DNA from: a virus
Length of the DNA stretch: 46,329 bases
Reading direction: 5' to 3' (one strand)
Virus record (IMG/VR): IMGVR_UViG_3300029947_000012
Location: 1 to 46,329 of that record
The position numbers were made by a program, and so were the translations under genes. The notes under the pieces are model-generated. The model ran no database searches, had not been told where the DNA came from, and was given only the letters and a program-made list of their open reading frames with translations. Below, one piece after another: positions 40,888 to 46,329 of this stretch; position 1 is the stretch's first letter; every line of letters starts with the position of its first letter.

Positions 40888-41955
40888 TCAGCGTGCAGAA
40901 TTGACGGCGTGCAGCATTTCGGCAAGGCGGACGGAGTGGTCGTAGTGTTCCGCCATAGCGAGGTTCGTCCACCCACCCAGGCGCCTGGCAATATCGTCGG
41001 AGACGCCAGCCTCGGCAAGACGGGTGCGGAAGGTGTGCCGCCAGGAGTGGAAGGGGTACCGTTCCGCGTCCAATCCGGCGGAAGCGAGAACGGCGGAGAA
41101 CGGAACGGGCATCGGCTTGGGGTAGCACATTGCGTGCTCCGGGAGAACAAACCCCTCCTGGACGGGGCGGGACTGCAGCGCGGCGAGGAGTTCGTCCGCG
41201 ATCGGCAGGAGAAGGTGCACCCCGTGCTTGGCGGTTTTGGACGGCGTGATGGCGATCGTGCGCCGCGCAAGGTCGATCTGCCCCCAGTCCAGTCGGGCGA
41301 CATCCCCATAACGAAGGCCCGTCCAGCGGGAGAGAATCGAGGCAAGTAGCCAGTCGTGGCCCTTATCCCGGCAGGAGGCGAGAACGCGCCGCTCCTCGTC
41401 AGGGGAGAACGCCTCGCGCCGGACGGACGAGCCGTCGTTGTCGGGGGATACAGCCTTCCACGGATTGTGTACGCCGGGGCGCAGCTGTCCGACGGCCTCC
41501 CACATCTGGGAGAGATACCCGCAGTAGGTGCGTTGGGTCTTGTTCGCGCGCCCGAGGGAGGCGACGAATTCGCGCGCGAGGGCGACCGAAACATCCCCCA
41601 TGTCGTAGGCCCCGCGCTTTTTCGCCCAGGAGACGAAGCGGGCGAGAAGGTTTTTGCGGTTCGTGTAGGTCGTGCGGGCGACCTTCCTCCCCTTCCCTTG
41701 ACACCAATCGTCGTAGATCTGCCACACCGACCCGAGGGGCAGACCCGCGTCCGGCGCACCCGCGCCATAGATGGCGGCGAGAATACCCTCGACGGCGGAA
41801 CGTTTGGGGCGGGCGGAAAACGCCAGGCGGAAGGCATTCCACGCGGCGAGGGCCTGCGCTTTCTGCTCCTTCCGGAAGCCCGTGCTGACCACTTTCCGCA
41901 CGCGGCTCGTGCGATACTCCATCCACCAGACATTACCTCTCAGAAACAACGCCAT
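40888..41955 (-). CDS. int: Tyrosine recombinase / phage integrase
   Basis: Motifs seen: GLRYGDVARL (catalytic-type Arg box), HSWRHTF (HxxR) and LAMAEHYDH (catalytic Tyr). AAAGGAGAA RBS. attP is adjacent. Confidence 0.9.
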   Translation of the reverse strand: MALFLRGNVWWMEYRTSRVRKVVSTGFRKEQKAQALAAWNAFRLAFSARPKRSAVEGILAAIYGAGAPDAGLPLGSVWQIYDDWCQGKGRKVARTTYTNRKNLLARFVSWAKKRGAYDMGDVSVALAREFVASLGRANKTQRTYCGYLSQMWEAVGQLRPGVHNPWKAVSPDNDGSSVRREAFSPDEERRVLASCRDKGHDWLLASILSRWTGLRYGDVARLDWGQIDLARRTIAITPSKTAKHGVHLLLPIADELLAALQSRPVQEGFVLPEHAMCYPKPMPVPFSAVLASAGLDAERYPFHSWRHTFRTRLAEAGVSDDIARRLGGWTNLAMAEHYDHSVRLAEMLHAVNSAR

Positions 41956-41971
41956 GATTTTCTCCTTTCAA

Positions 41972-41993
41972 CCACTCCAACACCACTCCAACA
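41972..41993. repeat. Tandem CCACTCCAACA x2, an arm-type integrase-site candidate on the int-proximal side of attP
   Basis: TCCAACA occurs at 41976 and 41987, and again at 42152 and 42164 on the other side of the core. Confidence 0.55.
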
Positions 41994-42005
41994 CCCCCAT
42001 CTCGC

Positions 42006-42026
42006 AAAAACCCCGGTTTTACGGGG
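42006..42026 (-). terminator. Rho-independent terminator on the - strand (CCCCG-TAAAAC-CGGGG followed by TTTTT), downstream of the tRNA-like 3' end
   Basis: Read as the reverse complement. It would terminate the reconstituted tRNA gene after integration. Confidence 0.6.
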
Positions 42027-42043
42027 CTTTTCGGGGATTTCTC

Positions 42044-42070
42044 TGGTGCGACTGACTGGGATCGAACCGG
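42044..42070 (-). other. attP core candidate: 3' end fragment of a tRNA (…GGTTCGATCCCAGTCAGTCGCACCA)
   Basis: T-loop, 3' acceptor strand and CCA are present. The upstream sequence does not fold into the rest of a cloverleaf. Confidence 0.7.
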
Positions 42071-42151
42071 GGGCTGGCATGCCGAAACCCGTGATATGCC
42101 AATGTTTTCGGGGGTTTCCGCACGCATGGAAGCCATGGAAATGGCAAAAAT

Positions 42152-42170
42152 TCCAACACACACTCCAACA
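42152..42170. repeat. TCCAACA x2, an arm-type site candidate on the distal side of attP
   Basis: Same orientation as the copies at 41976 and 41987. Confidence 0.5.
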
Positions 42171-42173
42171 CTC

Positions 42174-42491
42174 CTACCTGGCGGATGGCGGGCGGGAACG
42201 GATCACCGCCGGGATGAACTCCAGGGATAGATAGACCGCAAAGGCGATCCAGAATGCGACGACCTCGCGACCCGTCGCCTCCCCGAGGAAGAACATGGCG
42301 ACGATATACAGGACGGGCCGGAGGAAGACGCCCAGGAGTGGAATGAACAGGGCCGCGAGGACCAGCAGATCTCCCCAGAACGGGAAGTGGAAAACGGCGA
42401 TGGGGGCGTAGTACACGACAACGCCCAGCACCCAGTAGGCGACAAGCGCGAGGGGTGCGCAGGAAGGGAAAGGATTTTTTGACATGTTCAT
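42174..42491 (-). CDS. Small polytopic membrane protein (moron / superinfection-exclusion candidate)
   Basis: Three to four hydrophobic helices. GGAGA RBS. It is the only other - strand gene, and it would lie at the prophage end. Confidence 0.6.
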   Translation of the reverse strand: MNMSKNPFPSCAPLALVAYWVLGVVVYYAPIAVFHFPFWGDLLVLAALFIPLLGVFLRPVLYIVAMFFLGEATGREVVAFWIAFAVYLSLEFIPAVIRSRPPSAR

Positions 42492-42540
42492 GTCTCCATT
42501 ATACCAAAACACCGGGCGAAAACAAGGGGGTTTGTGAACT

Positions 42541-42580
42541 TTTCAAAACATTTCGGAATATTTCAAAATTTTTGAAAAAA
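42541..42580. promoter_or_regulatory. Four phased 10-bp T/A-tract units (TTTCAAAACA TTTCGGAATA TTTCAAAATT TTTGAAAAAA), likely bent DNA or an UP element, containing the palindrome TTTCAAAA-T-TTTTGAAA
   Basis: Read directly. It lies immediately upstream of the promoter at 42585. Confidence 0.6.
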
Positions 42581-42584
42581 CCGC

Positions 42585-42613
42585 TTGCGTGTGCGCACAC
42601 TATATGATATACT
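42585..42613 (+). promoter_or_regulatory. Early/switch promoter candidate TTGCGT-17-TATACT with an extended -10, overlapped by operator copy 1
   Basis: It shares the 15-nt block ATATGATATACTATA with the promoter at 39270. Confidence 0.6.
42589..42600. promoter_or_regulatory. Operator candidate copy 1: palindrome GTGTGCGCACAC
   Basis: Perfect 12-bp palindrome overlapping the -35 element and spacer. Confidence 0.6.
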
Positions 42614-42663
42614 ATACCCCAGAAAGCCCGCGATGGGCGAACACGCGAGAAATGGAGAACAAT

Positions 42664-42918
42664 ATGGCAACGAGAACAGGAAAGCACAAGAAAGGCAACG
42701 TGCGCATGGGCATATACGTCGAGCCCTTCCGCAAGGCCATCGCGCTTCTCACGGCGGAACGGCTGGGCATGACGATGACGGATCTCATCTGGCACGGCAT
42801 CGAAGCGACGGCCCGCGAGGCCGGAATCCTCAACGCCGAAGGCAAAGTCACGAAAGAGTACGAAGACCAGCTGCGCGTAGCCACGGCGATCGTGAGGCAA
42901 AGCGAAGTCAACGGATAA
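42664..42918 (+). CDS. Ribbon-helix-helix (Arc/CopG-like) regulator candidate
   Basis: VRMGIYVEPFRKAIALLTAERLGMTMTDLIWHGIE fits a beta-strand-helix-helix pattern. GGAGA RBS. Confidence 0.55.
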   Translation: MATRTGKHKKGNVRMGIYVEPFRKAIALLTAERLGMTMTDLIWHGIEATAREAGILNAEGKVTKEYEDQLRVATAIVRQSEVNG

Positions 42919-42934
42919 TCCAAGGAGAAAGAAA

Positions 42935-43105
42935 ATGCTGAAGGTAATCAAACTCAAAACGTCGGATCTGTCCAAGGCCGCCAAGGCGGCGGGCACATCG
43001 CCCGAAAAATTCGTGAGCGACATCCGGTCCAAATCTTTGGGCCGCGAAGTGTGCGCACACCTCCTGCGGAAGGAGGGCGCGTACTCGGTTTTTCGCTGCC
43101 AATGA
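42935..43105 (+). CDS. Hypothetical small protein (56 aa, below the ORF-track cutoff)
   Basis: AAGGAG lies 7 nt upstream of the ATG at 42935. Operator copy 2 lies inside the gene. Confidence 0.4.
   Translation: MLKVIKLKTSDLSKAAKAAGTSPEKFVSDIRSKSLGREVCAHLLRKEGAYSVFRCQ
43049..43060. promoter_or_regulatory. Operator candidate copy 2: GTGTGCGCACAC
   Basis: Identical to copy 1. Confidence 0.55.
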
Positions 43106-43116
43106 GTGTGCGCACA
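43106..43116. promoter_or_regulatory. Operator candidate copy 3: GTGTGCGCACA
   Basis: Matches copies 1 and 2 at 11 of 12 positions. It lies just upstream of the second RHH-like gene. Confidence 0.55.
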
Positions 43117-43143
43117 TCACCTCGCCCAGGAAGGAGAATGGCA

Positions 43144-43302
43144 ATGAAGAACGAAACCTACATCTACACGCCACTACCGAAGGACATAGCGTCCGCGATC
43201 AAGGAGCAGGCGAAAGGCAACGGGAGAAGCGCGGGTCGGGAACTTGCGCAGATCGCGATACGGCAAATCGAAAAGAAGCTGCGGAAGGACGCGACGAAAT
43301 GA
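43144..43302 (+). CDS. Second ribbon-helix-helix-like small regulator candidate
   Basis: AAGGAG lies 7 nt upstream. YIYTPLPKDIASAIKEQAKGNGRSAGRELAQIAIRQI fits an Arc-like pattern. Confidence 0.5.
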   Translation: MKNETYIYTPLPKDIASAIKEQAKGNGRSAGRELAQIAIRQIEKKLRKDATK

Positions 43303-43595
43303 AACCGGGGACGGTCGAACTTCTGTACCGGGCGCTCGCCGAGGAACTCGAGGCGCGGAAAGCGGGGCTGGACGCGGTGCGACGCGCCGCCGAGAGGCCC
43401 GGCCCGTGGTGCACGCGCGAACAGGCGACGCGCTACTTCGCCATCCCCAAGGGACGGCTGGAGCAGTGGGTCGCCGAGGGCAAGGTGATCGCGAAGAAGT
43501 TTGACGCAACCTGCGCCAATTCGGCGATTCGGTTCAAGACGGCCGACATCGAAGCCGCCTACGAAGCAATGCCGAACTACAAGCCAAAAATTTGA
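43299..43595 (+). CDS. Excisionase/MerR-like HTH protein candidate
   Basis: WCTREQATRYFAIPKGRLEQWVAEGKV resembles excisionase-family HTH sequences. Confidence 0.45.
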   Translation: MKPGTVELLYRALAEELEARKAGLDAVRRAAERPGPWCTREQATRYFAIPKGRLEQWVAEGKVIAKKFDATCANSAIRFKTADIEAAYEAMPNYKPKI

Positions 43596-43615
43596 CAACA
43601 ACAAAGGAACAGCAA

Positions 43616-43774
43616 ATGGAAAACATAAAGGAAATTCTGGGTGTGGCGATCAAGACGCTTGCGCTCCTCGCGCTGGCCGCGCTGTGCTGGCTCGCGCTGT
43701 ACCTCTCGCCGGACCAAATGTCCGGTGAATATGACTGGGCGGCCCAGGAAGGAAAGGCGGCGACAAATGGCTAA
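43616..43774 (+). CDS. Small membrane protein
   Basis: The AAAGGAACAGCAAATG leader is present, and the protein has one TM helix. Confidence 0.45.
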   Translation: MENIKEILGVAIKTLALLALAALCWLALYLSPDQMSGEYDWAAQEGKAATNG

Positions 43775-44156
43775 GAGACGCGCCGACATGACGCCCGAGG
43801 AGCTCGAGCGCATCCGCACACAGCAGCGCGAGTCCTACCGCCGCCGCGTCGCCAACATGACGCCCGAGGAGCTCGAGATCCGCCGGGCCAAGCAGCGCGA
43901 GGCCACCCGCCGCTTCTGGGAGAAACGCTTGGCCGAGGAGCGCAGAGACCGCGCCATTGCCCGGGAAATAAAAAGAAGTGCCTGGGCGCCGGCCGTCACC
44001 AACACGAATCTCTTGATCTACTACTCCATCTACAAGGCGAAGCACCCGAACGAGCCCGTGCCGTGCCCGGACTGGTGCTCGAGACCGCGTTGGAACATGT
44101 TCACGGCGTGGCGGAAGAAGCCGTCGTACTACAGGTTTTGCGGGGATTCTGTATAA
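43767..44156 (+). CDS. Hypothetical basic protein with a duplicated MTPEELE(R/I)R motif
   Basis: ORF with good codon bias. The start overlaps the upstream gene. Confidence 0.55.
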   Translation: MAKRRADMTPEELERIRTQQRESYRRRVANMTPEELEIRRAKQREATRRFWEKRLAEERRDRAIAREIKRSAWAPAVTNTNLLIYYSIYKAKHPNEPVPCPDWCSRPRWNMFTAWRKKPSYYRFCGDSV

Positions 44157-44183
44157 CAACCAACCAAGACAGAGGAGAACAAG

Positions 44184-44489
44184 ATGACACGGACACGCAA
44201 AGGGCAAAAGCCGAAAAAACTGAAAATCAACGGACGGATGGACGAGGCGGGAAACGCCAACGCCTACCAAATCACCTTCCGCACCTCGCGCAAGAACTCC
44301 GCGGAATGGAGCCGCCTGCGCGGATTGTGCACCCTGTCCGGGCACGACGAAAAGACGCCGGAACTGATGGAGAAGGTTCTTCTCCCGGCGATGCGGGACT
44401 ACGTTGCGCGCAAGGGATACGCCGAGCGTGCGCGACGCATCCGGGTCAAGAACCTGCCGCGCGATCTCGGCGACGTATACGACATTTGA
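44184..44489 (+). CDS. Hypothetical protein
   Basis: GAGGAGAA RBS. Confidence 0.55.
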   Translation: MTRTRKGQKPKKLKINGRMDEAGNANAYQITFRTSRKNSAEWSRLRGLCTLSGHDEKTPELMEKVLLPAMRDYVARKGYAERARRIRVKNLPRDLGDVYDI

Positions 44490-44516
44490 GAACCAAACGA
44501 CAAAGGAGAACAAAAA

Positions 44517-45335
44517 ATGACGAACGCACTACTGCGCGTGATGCCGGAGGCGGAATATCACGCGGAAACAAAGAGCGGGACAAAACTCTCGAGCCACATG
44601 CTGATGGAGTTTATCCACTGCCCGCTCACCTACCACCAGAAACTGACGGGGGAGATCGCTGACGAGCAGACCGACGCCATGTTCATCGGCTCGGCCGCGC
44701 ACTGTTTGATCCTGCAGGGCGACGCGGCATTCAACGCCGCGTACATGATCGCCGAGGGCCCGGTCAACCCCAAGACGGGGACGCCGTATGGGCGGATGAC
44801 AAAGGCCTACAAGGACTGGCTCGCCGTCCAACCGCACCCGGTTGTGACGCCCAACGACTACGCGGTCATCGCGCAGACGCGCCAGGCGATCTGGCGGCAC
44901 AATGATGCCGCGTCCATCCTCTCGCAGGGGCTTGCGGAGCGCGTCGTGGACTTCGCGATCGAGGGCGAACCTTGCCACGCCCGGTTTGATTGGATCGACC
45001 CCGAGCGGGAGATTCTCGCCGACCTCAAAACTTGCGCGGACTTGGACGGATTCACCCGCGAGGCCATCAACCGAGACTACATCCTGCAACTGGCGTTCTA
45101 CCTCCGCGCGGCCCGCGCGGCCGGGATCGCGATCGGACACGCCTATCTGATCGCCGCCGAGAAGAAAGCCCCCTACCGCGTCGCCGTCTACGAGGTCGAG
45201 AAAGGCTCGCTCGATCGGGCGGACACGCGCATTGTCGAGGGGGTCAAGGACCTCCGCGCGGCCCGCGAGGCGGGCGAATGGAAAACGGGCTATGAGGGTG
45301 TTTGCCCGCTTGCCTATCCCCCGCACATGGCTTAA
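44517..45335 (+). CDS. PD-(D/E)XK exonuclease (RecE/YqaJ-type recombination exonuclease)
   Basis: The core ARFDWIDPEREILADLKT (D...D/E-x-K) is present. The gene is paired with an ERF-type annealase downstream. Confidence 0.65.
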   Translation: MTNALLRVMPEAEYHAETKSGTKLSSHMLMEFIHCPLTYHQKLTGEIADEQTDAMFIGSAAHCLILQGDAAFNAAYMIAEGPVNPKTGTPYGRMTKAYKDWLAVQPHPVVTPNDYAVIAQTRQAIWRHNDAASILSQGLAERVVDFAIEGEPCHARFDWIDPEREILADLKTCADLDGFTREAINRDYILQLAFYLRAARAAGIAIGHAYLIAAEKKAPYRVAVYEVEKGSLDRADTRIVEGVKDLRAAREAGEWKTGYEGVCPLAYPPHMA

Positions 45336-45383
45336 CATGCATAATCCCAAAACCAAATCCTAAAAACTGAAAGGAACAGCAAA

Positions 45384-46118
45384 ATGGAAAAGAAAGTCTA
45401 CGCAAAACTGCTGGAAGTCCAGCAGAAACTCCGCGTCCCCAAGGGACGTATGAACAAGTTCGGCGGATACTCGTTCCGCAACGCCTCGGACATCCTCGAG
45501 GCCGCGAAGCCGCACCTCGAAGCGGTGAAGGCGGCCATTCTCTTGGAGGACGAAATCCGCGAGTGCGGCACCCGCTTTTACCTGCGGGCGACGGCGACCT
45601 TTGTTGATGCAGAAACGGGCGACACGGTCTCGACCGTGGGCATGGCCCGCGAGGAAGACGCCAAGAAGGGGATGGATAGTGCGCAATTGACGGGGGCGTG
45701 CTCCTCCTACGCCCGCAAGTACGCCCTGTGCGGACTCTTCGCGATCGACGACAGCCGCCTCGACCCGGACGAGGTCGGTGGCGAACCGGCCCGGACGGTG
45801 GCCGCGCCCGCGCAGGCAACCAATGCGCTTCGTCCGACCGAGCCCGCACCGAAACCGACGCCCGCGAAGAAGATGTCGCATCAGCCCAACCCCCGCGCCG
45901 TCAAGGCGTGGACGGCATTCCTCGCCCTCCCCGGCATGGATCGGAAGACGAAGGAGGCGCGGACGGACGAGTGGAAGTCACTTCTCCTCGTGTCCGCCGG
46001 GACGGACGCCACGGCAAAATTGACGGACGCGGACTGGGACAAGGTGGACGCGCAGATCGCCGATCTCGTCCAATCCACGGCCGCAGTCGCAAAGGAGATC
46101 GAGGGGGGTGCGAAATGA
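45384..46118 (+). CDS. erf: ERF-family single-strand annealing protein
   Basis: FGGYSFRNASDILEAAKPHL ... QLTGACSSYARKYALCGLFAID matches the ERF pattern. Confidence 0.7.
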   Translation: MEKKVYAKLLEVQQKLRVPKGRMNKFGGYSFRNASDILEAAKPHLEAVKAAILLEDEIRECGTRFYLRATATFVDAETGDTVSTVGMAREEDAKKGMDSAQLTGACSSYARKYALCGLFAIDDSRLDPDEVGGEPARTVAAPAQATNALRPTEPAPKPTPAKKMSHQPNPRAVKAWTAFLALPGMDRKTKEARTDEWKSLLLVSAGTDATAKLTDADWDKVDAQIADLVQSTAAVAKEIEGGAK

Positions 46119-46329
46119 CACTGTCCATGCGCAACAAAATTACAGAGCATGTCAACAAGGCGTACCTGAAGCACCCCATCTTCGTCGACCGCTTGCCTGC
46201 GAAAACTCCGCAGGCGGCGGAGGCGAACCTCGCGCTCTGCCGGGAGCAACTCGCCCGCAAGAAAGAGCTGTTGCTCGTCGAGCCCGACGATTTGCTTACC
46301 TGCGAAATGGCGGGGGTGTGGGCGGCTTA
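46115..46329 (+). CDS. Hypothetical protein, 5' part of a wrap-around gene (continues at 98..206; 107 aa in total)
   Basis: The ATG at 46115 overlaps the stop of the upstream gene (ATGA). The frame is continuous through the 97-bp overlap to the TGA at 204..206. Confidence 0.6.
   Translation, partial: MTLSMRNKITEHVNKAYLKHPIFVDRLPAKTPQAAEANLALCREQLARKKELLLVEPDDLLTCEMAGVWAA
46233..46329. repeat. Right copy of the 97-bp terminal overlap
   Basis: Identical to 1..97. Confidence 0.95.

Larger units (their letters stand above)
1..46329. mobile_element. Complete temperate phage genome on a circular map (unique length 46,232 bp), with a podovirus/T7-like virion module plus integrase and attP
   Basis: Ends are identical over 97 bp. 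Terminase, portal, scaffold, capsid, fibres, nozzle-like and internal virion proteins are present. An integrase lies next to a tRNA 3' end fragment. Gene packing on the + strand is dense. Confidence 0.85.

Noticed and set aside
42044-42125. Possible complete tRNA gene on the - strand
   Set aside because: Only the T-loop, 3' acceptor strand and CCA are present. The 5' T-stem strand does not pair, and no matching 5' acceptor strand or anticodon arm can be drawn. It is treated as the attP core.

Overview
The window is a complete, circularly closed genome of a high-GC temperate phage. The first 97 bp are identical to the last 97 bp, so the unique length is 46,232 bp, and one ORF reads straight across the junction. 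Nearly all genes are on the + strand. The order is: early/recombination genes (PD-(D/E)XK exonuclease, ERF-type annealase), a beta-helix repeat protein, a replication-organiser-like gene with an embedded iteron array, a DUF3127-like SSB, a nuclease, large terminase, portal, scaffold and major capsid. These are followed by a collagen-like tail fibre, a second repeat fibre, a block of exported/membrane proteins, adaptor- and nozzle-like proteins, three internal-virion-type proteins, a likely small terminase and an early promoter region. A tyrosine integrase lies on the - strand next to an attP that carries a tRNA 3' end fragment. The structural gene order is T7/podovirus-like, but I see no phage RNA polymerase, DNA polymerase or recognisable endolysin. 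The last internal-virion-type gene is a single 3,952-codon ORF. The most unusual observations are: (1) A promoter, a Shine-Dalgarno site and a 74-codon ORF sit in the +1 frame inside the giant gene, exactly at a domain junction, and third-position GC flips to that alternative frame. (2) The giant ORF looks like a polyvalent enzyme cargo (HExxH, ParB-like, Dam-like methyltransferase, ART-like) fused to an ejection-protein core, with R(H/Y)SV motifs recurring at domain borders. (3) An origin-like region has six palindromic iterons at exact 29-bp spacing, then a 60-nt G-free tract with a G4 motif on the opposite strand, then an alternating purine-pyrimidine tract. (4) The lysogeny switch region has three copies of a GTGTGCGCACA palindrome and only ribbon-helix-helix-like regulators. 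(5) The first early gene encodes a very acidic protein. All functional calls come from motif recognition by eye, with no searches run. The long antisense and off-frame ORFs in the track are high-GC artefacts.
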